A stretch of 64,000 nucleotides of DNA from Clostridiales bacterium (GTDB taxonomy: Bacteria > Bacillota > Clostridia > Saccharofermentanales > Saccharofermentanaceae): contig JAFWDK010000010.1 of assembly GCA_017513085.1 (NCBI GenBank), forward strand, positions 32,001 to 96,000. Reading direction: 5' to 3'. Each line of letters starts with the position of its first letter. The stretch's first letter is position 1. The translations under genes and the position numbers were made by a program. A model generated the notes under the pieces. The model did no database searches. It was not told the DNA's origin and saw only the letters and a program-made list of their open reading frames with translations. This document shows positions 28,990 through 38,128 of this stretch, piece by piece.

Positions 28990-30228
28990 ATGGCAAAGAA
29001 TTGTCCCGGTTGTGGGGGCATAATGGAGTATGATCCGGGTTTTGACGCATTGGTCTGCAGATCTTGCGGTAATATCATCGACCCGAAAACGCTTCCGGAT
29101 GCGAGGAGCTTTTATAATGGCGACTACGATGCGGATGGCCCGGAAGATATAGCCGACACACTTTCCGAGTTTGAGGAACTGACAGGCGAAATGTACGATA
29201 CACATGTGTACACTTGCAGTCAGTGTGGTGGTAAAGTCTTGGTTTCCGGAACCGAGATCAGTACACGGTGTGTGTATTGTGGCTCAACTGCAGTGGTTTT
29301 TTCGAGAATTGCGAAGGCAAATCGGCCGGATAAGATCATTCCTTTTTCGATTACAAAGGAAGAAGCAATTACGGCTGTTAAAGAGAACATTCTATCCGGT
29401 GCTTTTATGCCGAGAGGGTTTAAGAAGATCGATCCGGATTGTGTTCGTGGAATCTATATTCCATACTTTACTTATGATGGAGCGATAACGGATACGCAGC
29501 GCCACGTAGTCGGCGTTTCGAACAAGCAATATATCTTTGACGGAAGCGCCGAATTTAAAGACTTGCTTGTGGAATGCTGCGAGATCCTGGATGACCGTTC
29601 GACGGGGTTACTCGAGCCATATAACATGAATGCTGCAGTTGATTTTGATACTTCATATCTAATGGGCTTTTATTCCAATATTCAGGACGTGGAGCCGAAA
29701 AAAGCAAAGATGACTGCAGAGCTTAAGGCGCGTACGATCTTTCATTCGCAAATGCGCCGCCTTTCTCCGAAATCTTTTTTGAAGACGGTTTCATCAGCGC
29801 CAAAACTGGAACTTCATCGCACAGGATATGTGTTGCTCCCGGCTTGGTTTGTTACGATCAATACCAATACTGCGCCATATACATTTCTTGTCAACGGACA
29901 GACGGGAAAGACGACCGGAACCGCTCCGTGGAGCCGTTTCAAAGTGTTCGGAACGATTGCTGCGGCCTCGATAGCTTTTTGTACACTTTTTTTCTATTTG
30001 CTTATATCTGTGGTATTACCATATATCAACGATCAGTCGGTCGATGAACTACAGAGAATGACTCAAGATTCCATGTATCTGATCATTCCAACGATACTCT
30101 TTATTGCTCCGTTCTTCTTGTTGAGTTACGGCATCAGTAAGATGGTGCGTCTGTATAAAAAAATGATGCGCACAGGTTCCGTAACGACTCAGATATTTGC
30201 AAAAAAGAGACAAGGAGGTGTCCGATGA
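28990..30228 (+). CDS. Double Zn-ribbon protein with C-terminal TM helices
   Basis: CPGCGG..CRSCG and CSQCGG..CVYCG, then PDKIIPF, GIYIPY, VNGQTGK and two C-terminal TM helices. Confidence 0.8.
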   Translation: MAKNCPGCGGIMEYDPGFDALVCRSCGNIIDPKTLPDARSFYNGDYDADGPEDIADTLSEFEELTGEMYDTHVYTCSQCGGKVLVSGTEISTRCVYCGSTAVVFSRIAKANRPDKIIPFSITKEEAITAVKENILSGAFMPRGFKKIDPDCVRGIYIPYFTYDGAITDTQRHVVGVSNKQYIFDGSAEFKDLLVECCEILDDRSTGLLEPYNMNAAVDFDTSYLMGFYSNIQDVEPKKAKMTAELKARTIFHSQMRRLSPKSFLKTVSSAPKLELHRTGYVLLPAWFVTINTNTAPYTFLVNGQTGKTTGTAPWSRFKVFGTIAAASIAFCTLFFYLLISVVLPYINDQSVDELQRMTQDSMYLIIPTILFIAPFFLLSYGISKMVRLYKKMMRTGSVTTQIFAKKRQGGVR

Positions 30229-30557
30229 TCCGTTCTATACCTATGTTTCTTTTCGATAATGATTGGCACGATAAATGGCAGAAAGACATGAAAGACATTT
30301 GGGCAAATGATGTCAGCGATTTTGCCGTAGCGATGACGGTGATGCTGTGTATCCTTGCCGTGTCCATTGTCCTGATCGTTGTTGGGCATATTCTATCCAA
30401 GAAAAACGATTTTGGAGATGAAGATTTTGAGGAGATTCGTAAGAATACAGGCGGTAAGGCTGAATATGCCGGCTCCGATCTGGGCGCCGAAATCTCATCC
30501 GGAAGCCTGATATGTATGAAGAATTTTCACTATGAAGAAGTGAATAAGGATAGATGA
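30225..30557 (+). CDS. Small single-TM hypothetical protein
   Basis: ATGA overlap with the upstream stop, GGAGG RBS and one hydrophobic helix. Confidence 0.65.
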   Translation: MIRSIPMFLFDNDWHDKWQKDMKDIWANDVSDFAVAMTVMLCILAVSIVLIVVGHILSKKNDFGDEDFEEIRKNTGGKAEYAGSDLGAEISSGSLICMKNFHYEEVNKDR

Positions 30558-30577
30558 GGATAAGAGCGTAAAGCAAT

Positions 30578-30733
30578 ATGTCGAGCAAAGAACAAAGACA
30601 TCAGTTATATTTAAAGCAGAAGGAACTCCTGGATACTTTTCTGGAGAAACATGCAATAACACGGGCACAGTATGAGAAGAGCCTTCATGATCTTACGGAG
30701 AAAATGGGAGAAGAGCCGATCGCCAAGAAGTGA
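30578..30733 (+). CDS. Small 51-aa helical protein, below the ORF-track cutoff
   Basis: MSSKEQRHQLYLKQKELLDTFLEKHAITRAQYEKSLHDLTEKMGEEPIAKK. It has a SHOCT-like L..L.E..AIT..Y pattern and ends at the terminator hairpin. Confidence 0.6.
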   Translation: MSSKEQRHQLYLKQKELLDTFLEKHAITRAQYEKSLHDLTEKMGEEPIAKK

Positions 30734-30765
30734 TGTATCCGATTCATCGAAAAAAGGATACATCA
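30731..30765. terminator. Hairpin between convergent genes
   Basis: Perfect 10-bp inverted repeat TGATGTATCC / GGATACATCA. Confidence 0.55.
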
Positions 30766-30779
30766 TTCCCGGCAGATAT

Positions 30780-32576
30780 TTATCGGTACATGTTCTGTTG
30801 CGTACGATACATCTTTGAATACAGACTGTCTTTATGATCCAGCAGATCGCGGTGGGTGCCGCGTTCTACGATTTTTCCTTCATTAAAGACCAGTATTTTA
30901 TCGCAGATCTTGCAAGATGCCAGACGATGGGAAATAAAGACGGCAGTCTTACTTTGTACCATCGAGTGAAACTGTTCATAGATATCTTTCTCGGCAATCG
31001 GATCCAGAGCTGCAGTCGGTTCGTCCAGAATCAGGACAGGCGCATCTTTATACAGCGCTCTGGCCATGGCGATCTTCTGCTGTTCGCCGCCGGAAGGCTC
31101 AAACCCGCTTTGGTCATAGTAACGGAAGACCGGAGTGAGAAGACCTTGGGACAGAGAATCGACTTTGTCCTTTAGGCCGACTCGTTTAAGTAACGGAGTA
31201 AGCTCTTCATCGCTGATTCTTTCGGGACTGTTGCAGATCAGGTTTTCCTTGATCGAGAAGTTTAAAAGACAGAAATCCTGGAATACAACAGAGAGAATCT
31301 TCATGTATTGTGAGTACTCATACTCCAGAATGTTTACGCCGTTTAACAGTATCTCGCCTTCAGTACACTCATAGAGACGGCACAAAAGCTTGATGAAAGT
31401 GCTTTTGCCGGCGCCGTTTAGACCGACGACAGACCAGTGTTCGCCACTTTGTAATACAGCGTTGATGTTTTTCAGCGCGTACTCTTTGCTGCCGGGATAC
31501 CTGAAGGATACATTACGGAATTCGATCACAAAATCAGAGGAAAGGTTCGTATCTTTGTCGCCTTTCTCGACATAGGTGTCTCCTTCAACATATTCAATGT
31601 ATTTTTCGGAGTAGCCGCAGAATTTCTTCAGTGCGAGGAGCTGCTTCATGATGGTGTTCAGTGCGGTCACGATTACGGTCACGGCCGTGGAGAGCATGGT
31701 GAAGTCACCGATGCTTATGCGATGGCCGATCACCATCAGGGCGAAGATCATATAGGTGCAAGCGGCAGTCAGCGCCAGATTGATCTTTGAGCCGATGATG
31801 TATTTTTGGGATTTGGCTGCATGGATACGGTTGATCCTGGACTGTTCATCGTTGAATTGGTCGACCCGGTCAAGCATCATCTCCTTGGCATCAAAAAGGC
31901 GGATATCCTTGCCGTAACGGATGTCGGAAAGACCATGGACGAGAAAATAGTATGCACGGTCCGTGATGGCCAGCCGCTGGATCTGTTCCATCTTCAAACG
32001 ATTGAGTCTGCTCTCGAAAAATGCATTGATCGAGACATTCACGACTACCAGAACAAGTGGGGTCCAAGTGTATTGCAGGACGGTTATGGCAGAAAGAAGC
32101 ATCACGACAAGGTTGCCGGTCAGAAGCGCTAGCGCAGTGAAAAGCCCTTTGACGCCGCCGGAATAGCCGGCATCGATTCCGGTACGGGCATCCGCCAATC
32201 TATCCAGTGTCTTTTTATTTTCCGTGGTCTCATAACGGAGTTCCATGCTTTTTTTGCCGACGCCTGCTTCCAGATGACGGTTCAAGCCCTCGTAGTAGAC
32301 TTTTTCAAGCTGTATCCCGATGAAGCAGATCACCGTGTTGAGAATAAAATCCGAGATGACCATGACAGAACCGATCTTTATGATCAGATTGATATCCGCA
32401 TTCCCGGTGATCTCATCGATCATCATTTTGGGGCCGAACATCTTAATGAAAGGCAGGAAGATCATAGCCAGGATCGAAATGGCATACAGCCAATAAAACC
32501 CTTTTTTAAAGCGTTTCATTGCTTTGGCAAAATACAGGATCGTGTTGGTTTTCTTTTTCGAAGATGTGTTACTCAT
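30780..32576 (-). CDS. ABC exporter half-transporter (TMD+NBD)
   Basis: Motifs GLNGAGKS, PSGGEQQK, LILDEPTAALD and SHRL. Confidence 0.92.
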   Translation of the reverse strand: MSNTSSKKKTNTILYFAKAMKRFKKGFYWLYAISILAMIFLPFIKMFGPKMMIDEITGNADINLIIKIGSVMVISDFILNTVICFIGIQLEKVYYEGLNRHLEAGVGKKSMELRYETTENKKTLDRLADARTGIDAGYSGGVKGLFTALALLTGNLVVMLLSAITVLQYTWTPLVLVVVNVSINAFFESRLNRLKMEQIQRLAITDRAYYFLVHGLSDIRYGKDIRLFDAKEMMLDRVDQFNDEQSRINRIHAAKSQKYIIGSKINLALTAACTYMIFALMVIGHRISIGDFTMLSTAVTVIVTALNTIMKQLLALKKFCGYSEKYIEYVEGDTYVEKGDKDTNLSSDFVIEFRNVSFRYPGSKEYALKNINAVLQSGEHWSVVGLNGAGKSTFIKLLCRLYECTEGEILLNGVNILEYEYSQYMKILSVVFQDFCLLNFSIKENLICNSPERISDEELTPLLKRVGLKDKVDSLSQGLLTPVFRYYDQSGFEPSGGEQQKIAMARALYKDAPVLILDEPTAALDPIAEKDIYEQFHSMVQSKTAVFISHRLASCKICDKILVFNEGKIVERGTHRDLLDHKDSLYSKMYRTQQNMYR

Positions 32577-34377
32577 TTTCTACACTTTCCTTTCTGTACA
32601 GTTCAGCTTGTGTTTCGTAGAGCGCATAATATTTTCCTTTCTTCTGTATCAGTTCTTCATGTGAGCCGTACTCTACAAGATGAGAATCTTCAAACATGGC
32701 GACTTTCTGGCAGAAACGGGTAGAGGAGAGCCTGTGGGAAATAAATATACCGGTCTTATCGCCGATCCATTCATTGAAGTGGGAATAGAGTCGTTCTTCG
32801 GCAAGGGGATCAAGGGCGGAAGTCGGCTCGTCCAGGATGATAACCGGCGCGTCTTTATAAAGCGCTCGTGCCAACGCCAGTTTCTGCTTTTCACCACCGG
32901 AAAAATCGACGCCTTCTTCTTCCAGAACTTTGAGGACCTGTGTTTTCTCACGGCTGTCCAGGCTTTCGATCTTCGCCCAAAGACCGCATTTTTTTAAACA
33001 TGTGCGGACTCTTTCAGGATCGGTCTCTTCTGCGATCTTCATGGAGACGTTTTCTTCTACACTGAACGGGTATTCCTCCACATTCTGAAATACCGCCGAG
33101 AAATAACGGAAAAGGTCTTCGCGTTCCATGAGACGGGTGTCTTTTCCGTTTAATGTAATGGAGCCCTCCGATGGCTTGTAAAAACCTGCAAGCAGTTTGA
33201 TGAAAGTGGTTTTGCCGGCACCATTCAAGCCGACGATCGCCAATCTCTGCCCGTAGGGGATGGAAAGCGAGACGTGTTCGAGAGCATTCCTGGTCTGCCC
33301 TTCGTAACAGAAGGTAACATCGTGAAATACGAATTCCGGCTTTTCTTCCATCCGGGGAAGATCGGTGTTCGTCGTTTCTTCGATCTTGTACGTGTCGATA
33401 AAAGCACGGAAATCTTTTACTTCGAGTGATTGCTTCTTGATCTCCGTATACTCCGCGATAAAGCCGTTTACGGCGGTGATGAAAATGTGGACTGAGGCAA
33501 TGTAAAGTGTGAACTCAGCAACGGTCAGGTTGTTTCGGGAGAGCTGGTAGATCAGAAAAACGTATAAACTTACTTCTTCCAGGAGGGAGAGTGGCATCAG
33601 GATCGCCTGGCTCTTGAACCAGAGATTTCGTGAGACCTTATACTTCTTCGCGATATCTTCGTTGATGCCAAGGTATTTTCTATAGATCCAGTCTTTCATG
33701 TCATAGACACGGATCTCTTTGGCGGAAGTGAAATGGTTAGTCAGATAACCCATGTTGAAGTGCTTCCGCCAATACGGACCGAGCGCATCCCAGACCAGAG
33801 CTTTGTCCTTCCTTTTCGTCTTGTCGACCACGATGAAAGAAAGGATCAGAAGGACCAGAAGGATCACGATCAGGAGAGGATGGAGACCGGAGATCAGGAT
33901 TCCTGCCATCACGATCTGAAGGGCAAGGGTCCCGCACTTGATGCTTGAATCCATCATGCCTTCGATGCTCTGGGTCTTCACATTCATGACATTCCGGATC
34001 CGTTCATGCTCGTCGAGCACCTTCGGGTTCTCCAGATTGGCATATTCCATGGAAGTCATGGTTTCCGTAAGTTCGCGCTTGAAACGGATCAGGGCATGTT
34101 TCATCTTATAAGGGGCGTTATTCTCCACATATCCTACTGCCAGGTAAGCAACAAGCATTACGACGGCATTGATCCCGATCAGCGTCAGCGTCCTGGACAC
34201 AGGTTCTCCTTCGGTAAGTGAGTCAATGATCAGTTTGACAGTGACGGGGACCACAAACAGTGATACCGTCTCGGCGACGATGCCGAGAAGACGTAAGGGG
34301 ATCAATCGGTTGCCCCAATTCTTCATTCCGCGCAGCACATAGGCAAGGTTGTTCCAGAATCCGTATTTCGTTTTCAT
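32569..34377 (-). CDS. ABC exporter half-transporter (TMD+NBD)
   Basis: Motifs GLNGAGKT, FSGGEKQK, IILDEPTSALD and SHRL. Overlaps its partner by 8 nt. Confidence 0.92.
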   Translation of the reverse strand: MKTKYGFWNNLAYVLRGMKNWGNRLIPLRLLGIVAETVSLFVVPVTVKLIIDSLTEGEPVSRTLTLIGINAVVMLVAYLAVGYVENNAPYKMKHALIRFKRELTETMTSMEYANLENPKVLDEHERIRNVMNVKTQSIEGMMDSSIKCGTLALQIVMAGILISGLHPLLIVILLVLLILSFIVVDKTKRKDKALVWDALGPYWRKHFNMGYLTNHFTSAKEIRVYDMKDWIYRKYLGINEDIAKKYKVSRNLWFKSQAILMPLSLLEEVSLYVFLIYQLSRNNLTVAEFTLYIASVHIFITAVNGFIAEYTEIKKQSLEVKDFRAFIDTYKIEETTNTDLPRMEEKPEFVFHDVTFCYEGQTRNALEHVSLSIPYGQRLAIVGLNGAGKTTFIKLLAGFYKPSEGSITLNGKDTRLMEREDLFRYFSAVFQNVEEYPFSVEENVSMKIAEETDPERVRTCLKKCGLWAKIESLDSREKTQVLKVLEEEGVDFSGGEKQKLALARALYKDAPVIILDEPTSALDPLAEERLYSHFNEWIGDKTGIFISHRLSSTRFCQKVAMFEDSHLVEYGSHEELIQKKGKYYALYETQAELYRKESVENE

Positions 34378-34405
34378 AAGCCCTCCTCGGTCTTTTGATG
34401 CTTAC

Positions 34406-34436
34406 ACGATAAGGGGTGCCCCAAGGGGAGAGTCAA
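34406..34436 (-). promoter_or_regulatory. MerR-type promoter (19-bp spacer with dyad)
   Basis: The minus strand reads TTGACT-ctccccttggggcacccct(19)-TATCGT, with dyad CCCC-TT-GGGG. Confidence 0.8.
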
Positions 34437-34482
34437 TAGTGAAAACGGATTTTTTTAATTCATTTTGGAAAAAGCACTTGTC

Positions 34483-35655
34483 TTAATTTCTACAGTGCCA
34501 GAAGTAAGAATCGGTCGTGATCTGATTTTTGCTTTCCTCAAGCTTGGAAGCTAGGCTCTTCTTGATTTTTTCTTCATATCGCTCGAAGAATTTCTCCTGT
34601 CCTTCGTAAAGTGTCGTCATCTTATCAAAAAGCATATCTTCATTCTCATAGTAAAAATGGCTCTGCAGTTTGACGATCGATATATTGGAGAAATACTTAC
34701 TGATTTGTTTCTCGAAAGATTCGTTTTTACTCCGGATCTCCGATATACTATCTAGAATGAAGGATGCATTCAGCCCCGCATCGTTGAGAATATCACGGAA
34801 ATAGATGTTCCAGGAAGAATCGTGCGGTCCGTTGATGGAGAATACGCCGCCTTTTTTTAGAACTTGTGCGATTCTGTTCAGAAATGCTTCCGGGTCTTTC
34901 AGTTCTCTATAGATGTAGTGGGCAAGTATCATGGAATAGGGAGCATCATTCGTTATCCCTATCCAAGTTGATGGATCCTCAAGATCAGAGAAGCGAAGGT
35001 GGAATTTGATTCGTTCCGGAAGAGGTTCTTTCTCCAAATATTGTTCGAAGTCATCCGCCCAGCTTCCGTGGACATCATAAGCGAAAACTTCCGTGCCTTC
35101 CGGAAACCTGTCCCGGTTATTCCGCCAAAGTTTTCCGAATCCACAGCCAAGATCGAGGACTTTGGCATCCGGATTCCATTCGTGTGCGAGGAAAATCGTC
35201 TCGTACCAGTCTTCTCCGGGAACGGTGTGCAACTGGGCAAACCAGTGACTCCGGTCCAGTTCCTGATCCAGAGAGACGCTTTTTACAATGCCGGAAACAT
35301 CGTCCCAGTTGAGATCATCTTCTTTTCGGGTTAACGTGCGCCGGATCGTATCAATGACCATTTCGATGCTGTATCTTTTTTCTTCCATGGCACGTAACTG
35401 AAGTGTCAAAGCGGCGCGGATATCTTCGGCTTTGCCGTTGGCCAGGCTGTCACGGATGTCTTCCAGAGAGAATCCGATTTTTTTAAGTGCTACGATCTTG
35501 TTAAGCATAGCCAGGGATTCCTCATCGTAGAGACGGTAGTTTCCTTCGGAGTAGCCGGCTGGCCGGAGAAGTCCTTTTTCATCGTAAAGACGGATGGCCT
35601 TCTGCGAAACGCCGGCTTTCTTTGCGATTTCACCGGATGTCATTTTCTTTTCCAT
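34483..35655 (-). CDS. MerR-family regulator fused to a class I SAM-methyltransferase-like domain
   Basis: MerR HTH SGEIAKKAGVSQKAIRLYDEKGLL..GNYRLY. C-terminal VLDLGCGFG motif I and LKKGGVF. Confidence 0.88.
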   Translation of the reverse strand: MEKKMTSGEIAKKAGVSQKAIRLYDEKGLLRPAGYSEGNYRLYDEESLAMLNKIVALKKIGFSLEDIRDSLANGKAEDIRAALTLQLRAMEEKRYSIEMVIDTIRRTLTRKEDDLNWDDVSGIVKSVSLDQELDRSHWFAQLHTVPGEDWYETIFLAHEWNPDAKVLDLGCGFGKLWRNNRDRFPEGTEVFAYDVHGSWADDFEQYLEKEPLPERIKFHLRFSDLEDPSTWIGITNDAPYSMILAHYIYRELKDPEAFLNRIAQVLKKGGVFSINGPHDSSWNIYFRDILNDAGLNASFILDSISEIRSKNESFEKQISKYFSNISIVKLQSHFYYENEDMLFDKMTTLYEGQEKFFERYEEKIKKSLASKLEESKNQITTDSYFWHCRN

Positions 35656-35724
35656 ATTTATGGCCCTCCCGAAGCATCGATGAATCTATTATAACGGATT
35701 AAGGAATGTTAGCACAGTGCGGCC

Positions 35725-35844
35725 ATGCTTCCGGCAATCTATGGGAAGAATATCTTCCTTGGAATCGCAGTGTGTATTCTTGGCGTAGGACATATCGGTA
35801 TACATCTGATCTATAAAAAAGAAGCGGAAAACGTTATTTCCTGA
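35725..35844 (+). pseudogene. Probable C-terminal remnant of a membrane protein gene
   Basis: Reads MLPAIYGKNIFLGIAVCILGVGHIGIHLIYKKEAENVIS*. There is no RBS and an in-frame stop lies just upstream. Confidence 0.45.
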
Positions 35845-35926
35845 GCCGTTGGAATGATATAATGATTCATGTTCATTTCGAAGAAGTATATCTTCAGAAA
35901 TGTCCGGTAAGGAGATAAGAAATAGC

Positions 35927-36655
35927 ATGATATATGAGAAGAATTCCTATGTCACTGGGAGTATGTGTGACAGTAAACTAAAACTTTCTATCCTGGCTGC
36001 TGATGAGATCGTGGAGAATGCCGTGACGGAAACTATGGGCGATCTGGGCATTGACGGCATCGTGGCCATGGAGAAGTATAAGGCCATGTGGCTGATCGCC
36101 AAAAACAGCATCCGCTTTTTCCGTCGTCCGGTATGGCGGGAAGAGTTTACGGTGCGTTGTTTTATTTCTAAATTTTCTGCAGTAAAACTCATGTTGGATA
36201 CGATCGTGGAAGGAAAAGACGGGGAGAGATTGGTTCATGCCCGTACAGAACTGGCTGCCATCGATCTGGAAAGCCAGCGGATCCGCAAAGCCGAGACTGT
36301 AGGTTTTACTCCGGATATGGCGCATCCGGCCGAAGAAGGCGGACCGGAGTTTACACGTTTCCCGAAAACCGGCACAGAGCCTTTGGAGACGATCACGGTC
36401 CGCTCCACCAGCATGGACTATTGCTACCACACCAACAATATCGAGTATGTGCGCTTTATGCTGAATACCTACGATATCAGTTTTCTGAAATCGCATGATC
36501 CGGTATCTCTGGAGATCCACTATGGCAGCCAGTCTTTTGCCGGAGAAAACTTAACGATCGAGAAGCTGCATGCCGAAGACGGCGATCTTTTCAAGATCAT
36601 CCGCGATGAGACGGAGATCACTTCCTGTAAGATCTCCTGGCATAAGGAAGCATGA
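35927..36655 (+). CDS. Acyl-ACP thioesterase (double hot-dog fold)
   Basis: CDSKLKL, W.IAK..I.F.R.P and catalytic region MDYCYHTNNIEY. Confidence 0.85.
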   Translation: MIYEKNSYVTGSMCDSKLKLSILAADEIVENAVTETMGDLGIDGIVAMEKYKAMWLIAKNSIRFFRRPVWREEFTVRCFISKFSAVKLMLDTIVEGKDGERLVHARTELAAIDLESQRIRKAETVGFTPDMAHPAEEGGPEFTRFPKTGTEPLETITVRSTSMDYCYHTNNIEYVRFMLNTYDISFLKSHDPVSLEIHYGSQSFAGENLTIEKLHAEDGDLFKIIRDETEITSCKISWHKEA

Positions 36656-36769
36656 TCTGTCGACAGAACATTTATACCTACGGGAGCTGTTTTTCTGCTC
36701 ACTGATAATGCTATACTGGATTTGGATCGGGAAAGTCCGGTCTGAATCTGTTTAGAATACGATGCCACT

Positions 36770-37519
36770 ATGAATGAACATCAGAAGAAGAATTTAAATC
36801 GTTTTGAAGAACTGGCTGCGCGGGCCAGGAGTTCCGGCATATACACTTTCTCAACTTTCCATTCGCGCGAGACGGCAAGTCTTGCCTATGAAGTGGCATC
36901 GGAGAAAGAGGTCATGCTCTGGGGAGGAACGGATAACTGTGAACGTGTCGTGGCGCGTTTTGGCGATCCGGATGAAATCGGGTATAGCGAGGATTTTCCT
37001 ATCTGCATTCTCTGTGTAAAGCCGAAACAGGCGAAGTATGCGGATTCTCTGACTCATCGGGATTTCCTCGGGGCAATACTGAATCTCGGGATCGAACGGG
37101 ACATGCTCGGAGATATCCTGGTGCATGAGAACTCAGCTTATTTCTTCGTGATAGATAAAGTATCAGATGTGATCCGTTCTGATCTTGATCGGGTGAAACA
37201 TACGGCTGTAAGCTGCAGTGTGGTTGCGTCGGTGCCGGAAGACTGCCTGCCGAAACTGTCGGAGGAGCACATCACTGTTTTTTCGCCAAGGCTGGATGCG
37301 ATCTTGGCGAAGGTGTATCACCTTTCGAGGGAAGATGCGAAAACCATGTTCGACGATGAGAAAGTTACGCTGAATGGGAGGCTCTGCAGAAATCCCGAGA
37401 CCCTGCTGAAAGAGAATACTACTGTATCTGTGAGGGGATATGGTAAGATGGAATATCATGGTGAAGAATACACCACGAAGAAGGGAAAAACAGGACTGAC
37501 GATCTGGCGGTATATATAA
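36770..37519 (+). CDS. ylmH: YlmH-family S4-domain RNA-binding protein
   Basis: WGG...ER, LTHRDFLGAILNLGIERDMLGDI, SPRLDAI and SVRGYGK. Confidence 0.88.
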   Translation: MNEHQKKNLNRFEELAARARSSGIYTFSTFHSRETASLAYEVASEKEVMLWGGTDNCERVVARFGDPDEIGYSEDFPICILCVKPKQAKYADSLTHRDFLGAILNLGIERDMLGDILVHENSAYFFVIDKVSDVIRSDLDRVKHTAVSCSVVASVPEDCLPKLSEEHITVFSPRLDAILAKVYHLSREDAKTMFDDEKVTLNGRLCRNPETLLKENTTVSVRGYGKMEYHGEEYTTKKGKTGLTIWRYI

Positions 37520-37575
37520 AACACTTACCGGCTCTTTCCTGGTGTGAAGAGTTTGTCGGAGATTGGGGTGAAGAT

Positions 37576-38103
37576 ATGGAATTGTGGGATCTTTATGACA
37601 GTGAAGAGAAAATGACCGGGGAGGTATTTGAGCGTACGCACAATAGCTCTTTGAATATTCCTAATGGACGGTACCATCTGGTTTGCGATATTTTGGTGAA
37701 ACATACGGATGGAACATATCTGCTCTGCAGGCGGGATTTAAATAAAGATTCGTACCCCGGTTTTTGGGAAGCCAGCGCCGGCGGAGCTGCCCAACTAGGC
37801 GAAGACCCGCTGGCCTGCGCTGAAAGAGAGCTTTTTGAGGAGACCGGACTTCATGCCGAAAGGTTTGAACTTCTGAATAAGAGTTTCAATGAAAGAAGTC
37901 ATAGTATAGTTTATAGCTATATAACTGAAGTTTCCTGCCCGAAGGATGCAATCGTGCTTCAAAAAGGGGAGACGATCGATTATAAGTGGGTGGATGCAAA
38001 AGGACTGATCGAGAACTCGGAATCAGATCTGGCTGTAAGCACCAAGGTGGCGCGCTATCAGGCTTTTTATGATCAGTTGCGTCAACAAATAGCCTATCAG
38101 TAA
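37576..38103 (+). CDS. NUDIX hydrolase
   Basis: MELWDLYD N-terminus and Nudix box GGAAQLGEDPLACAERELFEETG. Confidence 0.9.
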   Translation: MELWDLYDSEEKMTGEVFERTHNSSLNIPNGRYHLVCDILVKHTDGTYLLCRRDLNKDSYPGFWEASAGGAAQLGEDPLACAERELFEETGLHAERFELLNKSFNERSHSIVYSYITEVSCPKDAIVLQKGETIDYKWVDAKGLIENSESDLAVSTKVARYQAFYDQLRQQIAYQ

Positions 38104-38128
38104 GTTCAAGAAGGTAGTAGGATCAGGA

